From: Antedon mediterranea
Taxonomy: Eukaryota > Animalia > Echinodermata
Assembly: GCF_964355755.1 (NCBI RefSeq)
Contig: NC_092673.1
Span: forward strand, 15,286,948-15,350,947
Length of the DNA: 64,000 nt
Direction of reading: 5' to 3'
Shown: positions 27,225 through 39,817 of the stretch, in pieces
How positions within the stretch are numbered: the stretch's first letter is position 1
How the letters are laid out: each line of letters starts with the position of its first letter
Position numbers and translations under genes: made by a program
Notes under the pieces: generated by a model
What the model was told of the DNA's origin: nothing
What the model saw: the letters and a program-made list of their open reading frames with translations, nothing else
The model's database searches: none

Positions 27225-30200
27225 TAAGTGAACTACGCTGGTTCGCTTTATCAAGCCATAGAGGAATTAGTTTAAACGTCCATGTTCTCAACATCGATTG
27301 TAGTAGATGCTTGATTCAAATTCATTAGGCACTCATTGTATTCTAATTGACTAGCAAGAAAATCACTTCTAATACTGAGTCAATATAAATTGTACATTAT
27401 TTTTCTAATTTGCTAATTCAAAGTGTGGATATAATTCAATTTCGTTCGGCCCATTATCATCGATAGACTGAGGACATTAATAGCTAGCAGCCGGGTCTTT
27501 CTGCAAGTTTCTGACTAATCAATATATCTACGTACAGTCGTATAAGCAGTATGACTAATTATATCCCATTTACATCCTCATAATATAAACGATCACTCGG
27601 AGGCCTTTCAACTATATTTCTAGGCAATTACTAAAGTTATTTGCTATAATAATTAATACAAATGCACCGAGAAGAAGAGAGATACCTAAAGGAAACGTCT
27701 GTTAATGATAACATAAATATAGATATCTTTCGATTTCTTTTCAATTAAAATTCATTACTTTTGTGGTTATTCAGAACATGGCTCAGACCAATTTATATCA
27801 ATTTAACATTAACGTAACTAAATAAATAAATAAATTATTATATAACTGCAATTGCAGAATGTTAACGTTTTATCTTAATATTATAGGAATGTTTTTTAAA
27901 GTGTGTAATTTACTGTAATTCATTTTATGTAAGTATTTCTATGTGGAGAACCTCCCGACGGTTATTTTTATTTATAGTAGCTATTAGGTGATGCTGCCTC
28001 ATTGTTTTACATTTGTACTGTTTTTTGTCTTTGTATTTGAAAAATGTTAGCGAATTAAATGATATGATATACTTTCATTTTATGCGATTAAATAAGCAAA
28101 AATTGGATCACCAAGACACGGAGAACACTTTCTGTGTTTTTAAAAATCAGACATTTAGTGTCTGGGTATGTGACCCAATATTCTTAAAACCCAGAATTAG
28201 CTTAACACCTGTGCTTAAACGGCATGTACAATCATATCACGATTATAACACCAGAAATACTACGTGTGTTCCGTTTTCCTGTCTATCATCGTATCTAACG
28301 ATTAGCGTGAGTTATATTTACAACCAATCTCAACTGTGAGATGTTCCTAAATGCCAACCTATCCAAATAAGCTGTTGAGACTGACGACCTTAACGCCGCG
28401 GTGTTAACTATTTTTTCTTGGACTATCTTAAAAGCCCTCATAAACGCTAACATTAACTACTAAAGGATAAACAGTCGAGCGAGAGAACAACTTGATGGCT
28501 TTTTAATTCCTTCGCTAAGAAGGTACCACAAAAACACCTAACTATTCTCACCTGTCTGGGTAGAGTTTATAGTCATTAATCAGACGAGAAACTGATGGTA
28601 TGTTATAGCAAACGAGTGAATAATGAGAGATATTACCTCTACCGTGATAAAACATTCAATAATTTACAGATTGACGAACATCGTACATGACAATTACAAA
28701 TTCATATACATTTAGCAGGAAATTTAGTACGCATTTATTATCAAATGTATAGCCAAATAACAAAACTATGTTTCCCAACTCCAACAGTCTGTTACTGCTA
28801 ATCAAGGAACCGTTCAAACAAGAGGTGACGTTACATTAGCCTACGTACTGCTTTAAAAACTAATATTAGCAATACATTGCATTTAAAATTACTGGTGTAT
28901 AGATCTAAATAAATATGTTTGTTCTGTATGAAAAAGAATCGGATACGTTGACGCACTGGTACGTGATGCAACAACAGTAAAACCCAGATTAATTTTATTT
29001 AATGTAAAGGCAGTGTAAATTGACCAAATACCGATTTGATAATTGATAAAATTGAAGTAGCACTCGTCGTACACGCACGTACGTGACAATCTTACGAATA
29101 CGTTATTCTCTAGGCAAGTAGGGTAAACCTAAATCTTACACTCAACGTAAATCACCATTCTTATCGTAATCATTTCATAGTTTCTAAAGCGGTAAAGTTT
29201 GTTCGCTATTGGACGACGATACGCAAGGACGTCGCACGTGAAACGCAAGACCAATCACAAGTAACAGTTCGTTCCGTTATTGGTCAAATTACTTGAGCAT
29301 TGCGTTGCGTGTAAACCAAGCTTTAATAAAAAGGTGAAAATACTGCTTATAAAAATCGTTACATTTGTGATGATAAATGCTATTTAAGTATCAAGTTTAT
29401 ACGAACTGAGGGGTAATAACATAAGATAAGAGAATGACGATATTGAATAAGAATGTGTCAATGATATGATAAACTAATGAGTTGATAATCACATAATAGA
29501 ATGTACAGCAGGTATGTAATTGATGCTTCACAAACAACAGCGTTCAAACTATGATACAAATTTAGTACGCGCGTCCGCTTCACGTTTTTAACGCGCAAAA
29601 CGTAAGTTCGGACAAACATTAAAACAAGTTTTGATAATAAATTTTTAATTATAATATGCCAATTGTATATTCCATAATTTGAAAGTAACCCGTTATAAAA
29701 AATGTTAAAAACCATGTGTAAATTTACTGAACTTCCAAATGTACTCAGCGTTATAAATCTTGCCATAACTTATGAAATAATTCGACATGATTGGTCAATT
29801 AGTGACCAGGTGACCTTGAGTTCACCTTCTGTGTTGTCGAAACCATTAGTAACTCATCAACATCATCATCAACACCTTGATTTACGCTCGGGTCATCAAA
29901 GAAAACCGGACTTTGTGTGGTCCATGTCCATCTTCCCCACCTTGGTACAACCATACAACCCTACTCGTACACATCATGTGTGGTAGCACGGGGCTGTTTG
30001 TTGATACCGGTTGAGCTGTGCCTAAAAACATTAATCAAAGAGCTATGAAAAAGGTATTAGGTCACGAGAAAGTCGTAGGCTACACGAAGTTTTTACAATA
30101 CCTTAAGTTGCACCTGAGCGGTTGGATTTATTGTTTGTGCGTTTGCTACTGCAAATAATCAAACGATAGCAATGGCTAAATGGTCTGTCAAATTACGCCG

Positions 30201-30472
30201 GTAATATAAATGTTGACATTAAATTAGGCGTTCATTGCTGATCGGTTCGTGCGTCTTGTAGCCTCATGTTTACATCATTTTTACTTCTATACAGTAATCA
30301 GTGTCATAAGTGATGTTTACGTTTCTTGTAAGTTACAAGAGGTATTTTGGTCATCATTGTGTGTTGATATCAAGGTAATCTAGCCGGCCTGTTATGCTTA
30401 GATTATTTGTCTTCCCACTCCCATCATGAGAATATCCGCCAACAAGAAATCTATAAGCAAAAAGATAGCTAT

Positions 30473-30900
30473 GGATTGAGTTGCATTTAACTGATTAGGT
30501 TTAGGCCTACATAAAATTAAATTGGGTGTGTAGAGTGGCCTAGAAAATAACATGTTTTATCTATCTTTCGTGGGTGTAACTCGCATCTATTTATTCTTCA
30601 AAGTTCCAGCACATTTTTCAATAAAATCACAGGTAAAATACAAATATTGATTGAATTGTATTTTGATGTACATAAATGAAATTGGGTATGGGAGTGGCCT
30701 AACATATAGAATATTTTTATCTCTTTTCGTGGGTGTAACTCTGTATTTATTTATTCAAATTTCCAGCACAATTCAATAAAATCACAAGTAAAATACATAA
30801 ATGTGATTATGAGAGTGGCCTAAAATATAAAAGGTGAAACTGCCTTTATTTATGATTTCCGACACATAAGTAAGTACTGTAAGTAAAATCACAGGTATAA
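30473..30900. repeat. Diverged tandem repeat, ~3 copies of ~150-165 bp (third copy shorter)
   Basis: GAGTGGCCTA, TTTCGTGGGTGTAACTC, TTCCAGCACA and TAAAATCACA(G/A)GTA recur in order. Confidence 0.8.
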
Positions 30901-33900
30901 AATGTCTGTAATTAATAACTAACCAAATATCATTTTAAAACGAACTAACTAAATCAATATTAATAATATAACTCATGAAGAACAATTTATGTGATTTTAT
31001 AATAATGACTACCTTGGTTTTATACGATAAAAATAGTACACAGATTTACAAGTAAACACGTACGTAAAAGTACAAGTTAACCCATATCATTGTTAGGAAT
31101 AAAAAGAAACGCATCGTAATCTTTGATAACATCACTAGTAATTGTATTGCAGTAATACCAGTTTAGATCTCTGCTTTTGTTCATCTACCTCTTATCAAAC
31201 ACAACTGTTATCTTCAAAATAGAAATTACTCTCAGAAATATAAAGCGTTTCACGATTTACAAAAATATAAACTCAAAATACATTGATTTAAAACGCAAGT
31301 GATCTGACCAAAATACAAATGAAGGTTCTTTATCGATTGCCCTTTTAAATTGCCGTTTTCAGAGGAAGCGGGGGGGGGGGGGTGTTGGGAATTCGTCTCT
31401 GTGCAGAAATGCACTGACTAAAGGAGATGAGTAATACATTGATCTCAATGTCCAGTAGGTCCGCGCCAGAAGGAGTGTCTGAGCAGGGGTCCAGTATGAA
31501 CGACCACATGAGAGATGGCGGTATGTTTTGGAGATGGATATTGTGGTAAATAACTACTAACATTTGTAACTTCTGTGTTCTGGGGGATAAAGTACCTCAT
31601 TGTCGACTGAATTCACTGTACATGTATAACGCCTGTTATGTTACTTTGGCATATACTGTAGGCCTACATCATATGTATTACAGAATTTGCCTATGGATAC
31701 CTACTGGAAAATAGATAGAAAGCGTCAATATTATAACCTCTCACGTTCTACCAAAGTGTGACCTTGTATTATTTTTAAAGTTGCTACAAATTAATTAACT
31801 TAAAAGTAATAATCTTATATATTTTAATTTCAGTGAACTCGCGATCATTCAAATTATGTACAAACAAAATCGCATTGTGATCAAGCCTCTATAATCGTTT
31901 AAAGGGTGTTTTAGATTTTCTTGCCGATAATATAAACTCAAAAAATAAACACTTACAATCAAGATTATAACTCACAATAATAAAAGCTAATTTCATAGGT
32001 GTTTTCCCGTTTGTTGTTAAAATTACGATATTTTGTCTAGATTTGTGAAAAGATGCACTTTTTAAAAGTCAAGTTCAAATATCAATTGAAATCGACCAAG
32101 GATCATACGCTTCAATGGTTTGACCTTTGTTCAGTTATAACAGCAGTGCTGCGGCTGGAATGAAAGAAATCCTACACATGGTTTTTAGATATAAAAAAAC
32201 TTTATTAGACTATTTTTTGTTGCTTTAAGCAAGTGGTTTGTAACTATTCTTTCTTTTTACGTAGTGTCATCAGCGAACAGTTTTATTTATTTTTAAATAT
32301 AAAAAAATATCAAGTACAGGTATAAGTATGTCACGCCATGTATTTTTGCAAAAAAGCTGAACATTTATTAAAATAAAAAACAAAACATTAAAAATGTAAT
32401 GCCAATGGTATGGTTTATTTATAAACTTGAAAGGCATTGTATTGTTCAGTGTATGCATTCTTTTATATTAGAGGGCGCTATATAAGAAGACGTGGTAAAT
32501 CAGATTGATTTTAAATCGACTTGTGAAAGTTTAGATCGATTTTTCAGTACAGTATTTACATCAATGAATAATACTGCCAGTAACAGAACATTATTCAGAG
32601 GGAAGTTTAATTGTAAATTTGTTTTGGTTTTAAATACATATGTCTAAAAACAATGAATGTTGATATTAATAAAGTCTAACAAGTTTATTTGTACTCAATC
32701 ATTTTCCTACCATGAAAGTGAATATGATCATCCTATAAGAGAAAAAAAGAAAGAACATCAACAAATCAAGCATCTTACTACACTCAAGCATCCAATGCCC
32801 TCTCCTCTGCTTGAACTTTATTCAAACGTCCCCAGTGTAGTACCATTAAGAAAAATAAAACTAAACAAGAAATATTTCTTACAAAAAAACCGCTCCAATT
32901 TTTTATGTTAATTAATTGTTCATTCTTTATTAAAGGATGAGTTTTTTTAATTGATATTCTTATTTAATAATTAAAACAGCCAAAACGAAAACATTGTTTA
33001 TTAAACAGGTCTTTATTTTATGTTTCAGTCTTGTCCAACACAAGTCCTCCTTCAAAGGGATCAAGCCTTTTTCAATGTTACTTTGTCATATTATGTATCT
33101 CCTTTATTTTTTACTATGTCATTGAAAATAAATAAATGCACGAAAAAAAAGAAGACTGCTGTCTGCATACATCTCATAGACTCTCTTCTCCCAGACGTGC
33201 TTTGGGGTTTGCCCATTTTTTTCTAATGAAATTAATAAAAATGAGTGAAAACAATGTCATAGTTCATTTTCGTTGGTTAGTAAAAGGATTTGATAACCTA
33301 AACCTTAAAAACGTAGGCCCAGCCCTTTATGCAGTTTTTTTTAGCTATTATGCAAATGAAACTCAGAGGGGGCGGGGGGACACCTGGAAATTATTTTTTT
33401 AGCACGTGAATGATCATGAGCTCCTTCTATAGCCTGGCCTCCCACTAGGGATAGCATAACTAGGCTCTAACCTACGTTTTCTTGTAATCGTAACAACCAC
33501 ACCCAATACAAAAACCACAATTTATAATAAGCATTGAATAATATCTAATGAAAAATAGATTTTACTAGGCTGTAGATAATAGTTTAGTAGGCCAAACAAT
33601 AATCGCCCTCTATAGTTCTAATTCTATTAAGGAAAATGTCGTCCTCTATAGTTCCAATCTTAAAATGTCTTAGTTGTGATTGGCTTATTTTTTGTGAATA
33701 TTCCATTTTGTTTGTAGTAAGTAATAACTTAATACAATATTTCACTATAAAAGAAAAAGCTGAAACGATTAAGAAATGTATTTCTTCATTTGTTTTTCTT
33801 TAAAATGCACAAAATACGCTGACCATTTATCTTTTACTTAAGACAGTCAGTCCTTTATCCATGTTTAATAACCCCATCGAAATAATACAGCAGACCAAAT

Positions 33901-33973
33901 TTAATCACGCCCCCACAAAAAATTCTTACAAAAAACTGTCCTATACACAAAACAAGCAACCCGTTTTCAGTGA

Positions 33974-34047
<74 letters not shown>
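33974..34047 (+). tRNA. tRNA-Asn: tRNA-Asn (anticodon GTT), intronless, CCA not encoded
   Basis: GTCTCCGTGGCGCAATCGGTTAGCGCGTTCGGCTGTTAACCGAAAGGTTGGTGGTTCAAGCCCACCCGGGGACG; near-identical to the canonical animal tRNA-Asn; all stems pair, A and B boxes intact. Confidence 0.98.
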
Positions 34048-34048
<1 letters not shown>

Positions 34049-34051
34049 AGC

Positions 34052-34061
34052 TTTTCCTTTT
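34052..34061 (+). terminator. RNA polymerase III oligo-T terminator of tRNA-Asn
   Basis: TTTTCCTTTT begins 5 nt after the discriminator base. Confidence 0.7.
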
Positions 34062-34579
34062 CTTCAGCCTTTCAATTTATTTTTGTTATTCATTTTTACA
34101 TTCTTAATACTCTCCGATAGGTTTAAGGGCTTTTTTTATATTTTTTAATTAAATTTCAATTCCAACAATAAATAAAACAAAATAAACTACTGTATAAACT
34201 AAAAAAGGGTTTTGTCACTGTTTATTAAATTTAATGAAAATTTTCCTTATTCCGTCAAAACTTTGGGTATTCTTTTTGAGTATTAATCAGAAAAGCTTGC
34301 ATAAATTACTTTTTACCATTAAAATATAACTTTTGTTGACCAGAAAGGTTACCCAAGAGTTAATCTACCTTCGAAATGTAGTGGTCTTGATCAATCAATC
34401 AGATTTATATAGCGCCAGTATCCATAATAATGTCTAAAAAAATGATTTATATGACTAAACAGTTGATAATTTATAAACACATGGTATATACATACAGTGA
34501 ACCACTAACAACATGTGCGTAGATAACAGGCTGATGTTCTCAATTGGTTAATCACCGTATAAAGGTACAGTAATATTGG

Positions 34580-37500
34580 TTACGAGGGGCCTGGTAACAT
34601 GTTTATAAGTTCATTTTTATCTAGTTTGTAGTTACTCTTGATCCATTTCATTTTCATACTTTCCAGTAATTTTCCAAATTCTTTTCCTCGAGGAACACCA
34701 GCAGCTATTAAATCTTTTCCTGAAACTGGGAAAACAGGAATTTCCCAGCTCTTTATGGCATCAATGTTCACATGCTCGCCTCTGTATTTGAACATTTCGC
34801 AAACATGGCTAACAATATTTTTCTCTTTACCACCATTCTGAAAAAAGATAAATAAATATTTTAGATACAAGAGACCGCTTGGATGAGTTTGAATGACCCA
34901 TCTCTTGTTATTGGTTAAAATTGTATGTCTGCATCTTTATATTGATTGTGCCATTTTGTGGATTATATATCTCCATATTTATTTGAATAAATGCCCAAGG
35001 GCGTTTATTGTTCAGGAGGATTTTTAGGAGGGCATTTATTTGAGGGAGGTGTTTATTCGAGGGATGAGTTTATTTTTTTGGGTGTAATTTGGTAACATAT
35101 ATAATCAAATAAATACCCCCTAGATATGAAATAATACAACACAAATAATATCGATAAGTGATAGTAAATACACAAATAATATCGATAAGTGATAGTAAAA
35201 ATTGTATCAAAGTGCTTGGTAAATTGTAGATTATGTCAATCAATGAATTCTGCTACAAATAGAAATGTGTTATAATACAATATTGTGTATATATGCATGT
35301 GGCGGGGCATTTATTCGAGGAAATAAATAAAGGCCTCGGCAGTTTATTCAAGGGGTTGTTTATTCAAAATGATGTTCTATGGGGGGTGTTTATTCGAGAA
35401 GGGTGTTTATTTAAAGCGGGGGTGTTTATTTGAATAAAATGGTGTATGCTATGTAAAAGTATACAAGAATTTTAAAACAAAATAATGAAGTAATGTATGC
35501 AACTCACAGCAACAATAACATCTTGGCAATATTTGAGTGGACATTCACTTTCTATTTTTTTGCGGTGGTTTAAAATAAACATGCCCAGTTTTCTTTCTTC
35601 TAAAGAAATCTTGAGTCTTTCAATAATGTTGAGAATGTCTTGCTCGTTATCAAGAAGTGCAGACAAGATGGTCATAGGTTTTGGTTCAAGCTTGTGACTT
35701 CGTTCATAGACAACTCTCATACAATCCAGATTACCATTCACGGGCAAACCTTTAAAAGAATTTGTCGATTCAATCAACCCTCAAGCCCTTACCAGACACT
35801 CTTTGGGCTGGCAAAACATTTCTAAAGTTTTCTCAAATGTTTGAATGTATTATAAAGATTGAGAAGTTCAATGATATAATAAAAGTATAGTTTCTTGTTT
35901 TGAAGAATTTGAGGAAAGCATTTATATTTTACTCAATCTTATATAATTATCCATTCACTCCCGTGTTTAGGGTTTTATATTAAACATTATACTCTAGGCC
36001 TTTATATCTTATAAAAGTAGTCATAATTTAATTTTTTCCACAATGTTGTATAATATTTTCTCTTCTCATAAACTAACTAAATAAAATTACAGTATAAGAC
36101 CATGGACCTAATATAATGGGTCCTTGAATTGTATCTGAAATTTAGTGAACTCTTGATCTCTCTTAAAATTGCACAGTTCTTGTAATAAGATGTTGAGCCA
36201 TGCTAAAAGCTAAAGGTATTACCATCCTCAAGCTTACATTGAAACTGAGATTGAAATTCGAATTAGGCCCTTTATGTACACATGGCAACCATCAGTGCAC
36301 CACCTACCAGATTAGTACACCGAGAAACAATACCCTACTCTTTTCGAATAGTGCTACCAAAATCAATACCATATTATTATGCTTACCAATGAATTCAGGC
36401 AAGCCTAATTCGTACATACACTTGACAATATGGGCAGCATGAAAACCCACTAGAATCTTATTTAGCTCCATCCATATTCTCTCTCCTGAGATGTTCGCAA
36501 GGCCTGATGCATTCTCTCTAATAGCTTGTAAGGTCTGTGGACAATGAACATCTGTGTGTGAAATACGTCCAAAGAATCTATAAATAAAAAATCTTTAATA
36601 GAATTATTGAAAATATTTTGTGAAAACTGTGCAAACCTTAAAGTATCTTGTATTCATTCATCAAAACACAATATCTAAGTTCGGAATAAAAATAGGGCAT
36701 TGCATGACATTCAACTAAGCAAAAAATCAAATTACACATATTTCAACAGACTGTTATGGTAGGCTTTTCTCAATTTGCCATTGCCAATTGTCGTTCCAAC
36801 AGACCTGAAATATCTGAGGATGCGGAGGTAGTCTTCTTGAATCCTCTTGGCAGGGTCACCGACAAATCTGACGTCACATTTGTCAAGGTGTTCTCTCCCA
36901 TTAAAGTAGTCATACAGGGTTCCATCAAATCCTGAAATGAAACAATAACACAAAATAATTGAAAGAAAGAAAGAAAAAATATTAAAGAAAGTATGAATAT
37001 GCTTTTGCCTAAATGCCAATTTACACAGACGAGCAGTAACTGAAATAGAAATATAGAGTACACAATGCTTAGGATAGATACAGATTCTACATGGGACAAG
37101 CACCATGGTTTCTCGCTTTACCGTTACCGCTTGTCTGTGTAAATTATTAGTAAGACACTGTTTTTGCAGTTACATGTATTAACTTACTGTATATTGCTTT
37201 ATTAGTTTTAAAAGCATATGGAATGGAATAATAAAATCACGTTTGAACACACAAACCTAGAAACATGGAGTTAATAATAAAATCACATTTGAAAACACAA
37301 ACCTAGAAACATGGAGTTAATAATAAAATCATGTTTGAACACACAAACCTAGAAACATGGAGTTAATAATAAAATCACGTTTGAACACACAAACCTAGAA
37401 ACATGGAGTTAATAATAAAATCATGTTTGAACACACAAACCTAGAAACATGGAGTTAATAATAAAATCATGTTTGAACACACAAACCTAGAAACATGGAG

Positions 37501-38784
37501 TTAATAATAAAATCATGTTTGAACACACAAACCTAGAAACATGGAGTTAATAATAAAATCACGTTTGAACACACAAACCTAGAAACATGGAGTTAATAAT
37601 AAAATCACATTTGAACACACAAACCTAGAAACATGGAGTTAATAATAAAATCACGTTTGAACACACAAACCTAGAAACATGGAGTTAATAGTAAGATCAC
37701 GTCTCTCAGCATCAATCACCCAGTCCTTAGTAAACTCTACTTCCGCATGTCTGCCGTCTGTCACTTTGTCAATACGCAACGTTGTAACTTCAAAATTCTC
37801 GTCATTTATTCTGGCTGTGATTGTCCCATGTTTTTCTCCTCTTGTGTTGATCATTCGAATGTTTTCTTTATTAAACATTTCCTTCATTTCAGAGGGTGTA
37901 GCTGTTGTTGCAAAATCAATGTCATTTGGAATCTTCTGCAAAAATAAATTTGTTTATATATTAAGTTAATGACAGATCATCAAACCACCGAAAGAGGGTT
38001 GTGGCAAATGTAGTATTCAATTAGGAACTACAATTTGTTGTATTCGATTGGGAACTTTCGTTGTCAACGTAAAGATTCGTTGAGTACTTTTTGTATTCAA
38101 ATTGTAAATTTGTGCTCAACAGAAACTCATTTGAATAGAAAACGTTGACAACGAAAGCTTTTTCGTTAAGAACAATCTCAACGTTCAAAATACTCCGTTA
38201 AAGAAGTACTCAACGGAAAAACTACTCAACGGTCCACTCAAATACGACAATTGTAAATGAAATGTGCTCAACAGAAAATCATTCGCATAGAAAAGGTTGA
38301 AAATGCAAGCTTTTTCGTTGAGAACAGTCTCAATGCTCAAAACACTCCGTTAAATAAGTACTCAACGGAAAACCTATACTTAACAGTAAAATTCCCAATC
38401 AAATACGACAATTGATTAGCTTTCGCAATGTAAACCCAAATGAATTGCATAACAGATGATGATATTAAAGATATTTATTGTCCCCATAATAACAATTAGA
38501 ATATTTATTCAAATGTATATTTAGTGAAAAATGACCAACAACATGTACTATTGTCTTACTCTCTTGATCAAATCTCTGACGGCCCCTCCAGCAATGCGGA
38601 TCTCGTATTTGTACTGTGTAAATACGTCATGCAACTTTATCATCCCTGGGCTGAAGATTCCACGGAATTCTGCAGAATCCAACTTCATCACATTACTTTT
38701 ATTGTGTACACTAGAACAAATTATTAATCGGCAATATCTTCCTGATTGTAACAGTGCTGCAATGGGTCTATGACTCAAATTCAT
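34580..38784 (-). CDS. TRNT1: CCA tRNA nucleotidyltransferase 1 (class II CCA-adding enzyme), 6 coding exons: 38784-38560, 37935-37671, 36931-36805, 36577-36387, 35749-35508, 34837-34580; ~435 aa
   Basis: Motifs AGGAVRD, DIDFAT (DxD), EVTTLR, flexible loop [31 protein letters not shown], SGERIWxE and C-terminal FPVSGKDL...G. All introns are GT-AG with matching phases (0,1,2,1,0); TAA at 34582-34580. Acceptor at 38859-38860 implies an upstream 5'UTR exon. Confidence 0.96.
34973..35442. mobile_element. Tc1/mariner-like MITE (CCGTATTTATTCGAATAAACGCCC family) in a TRNT1 intron
   Basis: Degenerate TIRs CCATATTTATTTGAATAAATGCCC / GGTGTTTATTTGAATAAAATGG, internal TTTATTCGAGG repeats; relatives at 45914-46285 (inverted) and 50705-50938. 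Confidence 0.75.
37227..37702 (-). repeat. 46-bp minisatellite, 10 copies, each containing the TRNT1 exon end plus 5' splice site
   Basis: Unit AATAATAAAATCACGTTTGAACACACAAACCTAGAAACATGGAGTT; AAACCTAG at 37253, 37299 ... 37667 (period 46); the last copy is the real exon boundary at 37671. Confidence 0.97.
38028..38419. mobile_element. MITE-like element with inverted ends and an internal ~155-bp duplication
   Basis: CAATTTGTTGTATTCGATTGGGAA versus TTCCCAATCAAATACGACAATTG; TGTGCTCAACAGAAA...CTCCGTTAAA..AGTACTCAACGGAAAA occurs twice. Confidence 0.55.
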
Positions 38785-39502
38785 TAGCCTAGATTGAGTT
38801 GGTAGAACCTGGACCTGGTCTTGGTATTATAGAATCTGAATTCAGCAGCTTGGAAAGTCTGAGAAGAAAATAATAATTTAGTATATACATAAATACCCTT
38901 TTTACTACTATTATTCTAAACTTAGATGTTTGTAGGCCAGCCTGAAACACAGACACAGAGCAGAGAGAGTGCCATAACAGGGAAATTCCCGTCATCTTCA
39001 TTCATTTAAATTACCAGGCTACCTAGCTCTAGCTGGTTCTAGTAAATGCAATGGTCCAATTGTTATGTATTATACACTAGGTAATATAATATTATTAGGT
39101 CTACCTTGAAAATTACACGACAATTACATCATTTAGTTGCAAATTTTCCTTAGACAAGTACTAGTAGTAGTAGTAGTATAACAGTACATTACTAATACTA
39201 TCCATGTGTGTGTGTTTTGTTTTGCACTTTTGTTAATGGTATTAGCGCCCTCAGTTGCAACAATCCACAAGCTCATAACAAAAACAAACCACCAAATAAA
39301 AAATAGGAAAGCTGCTGAGATCGAAAAGGTAAAATTTACCCTGAACAAACTAGGCATAAAGCATTATATTATAGTATACTCATAGTATTACTAGGCCTAG
39401 GGAATCCGGCCTAGGCCTAGGCTAGTATGTTTCCAAGTAGGCTTGTCCTCTGACAATATGCCTAACTAGTTAGACACTCAGCAGGCTAGGCCTAGCTAGA
39501 GG

Positions 39503-39535
39503 CAGGGAGTTGTTATCACTATTAACAACTCCCTG
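39503..39535. mobile_element. 33-bp P-superfamily-like micro-element / excision footprint
   Basis: CAGGGAGTTGTTA-TCACTAT-TAACAACTCCCTG, perfect 13-bp inverted ends, flanked by 7-bp direct repeat CTAGAGG (39496-39502, 39536-39542). Confidence 0.75.
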
Positions 39536-39817
39536 CTAGAGGCTAGAGTATATAGGCCTAGGCCTAGTAGGTTATCAGACGATCGGGACCACGGACGATC
39601 GAGCCCAAATCGTGAGACGATCGGGCCCATCAAGTGTGAAAGACGATCAGGACCAGAGACGATCGGGCCCAATGAATAAGACGGGCCCAAAACATTCTCG
39701 GAAAATTTAAAAAAATTAATATTCAATTTAAAGTCAGAAAAATATGCATTACCGAATTAGGTTTCACGCAGCGGCATGTGCTAATTAATTTTGTCGCGAG
39801 AGAGAAGTAAAGTTATA

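Noticed and set aside
26320-27328. Several overlapping Tyr/Ile-rich ORFs
   Set aside because: All fall in a non-autonomous MITE with ATACCGTAT repeats; no transposase motifs.
36100-36126. CATGGACC..GGTCCTTG palindrome as another P-type footprint
   Set aside because: No flanking direct repeat detectable.
37227-37702. CRISPR-like regular repeat
   Set aside because: No unique spacers, eukaryotic intron, no cas genes; a head-to-tail minisatellite. The same applies to the 66-bp and 21-bp arrays.
22328-39256. CTCF-like half sites GAGGGCGCTA (22327, 32471, 39243 reverse)
   Set aside because: Only partial motif matches, possibly repeat-derived; cannot be supported without a PWM scan or ChIP.
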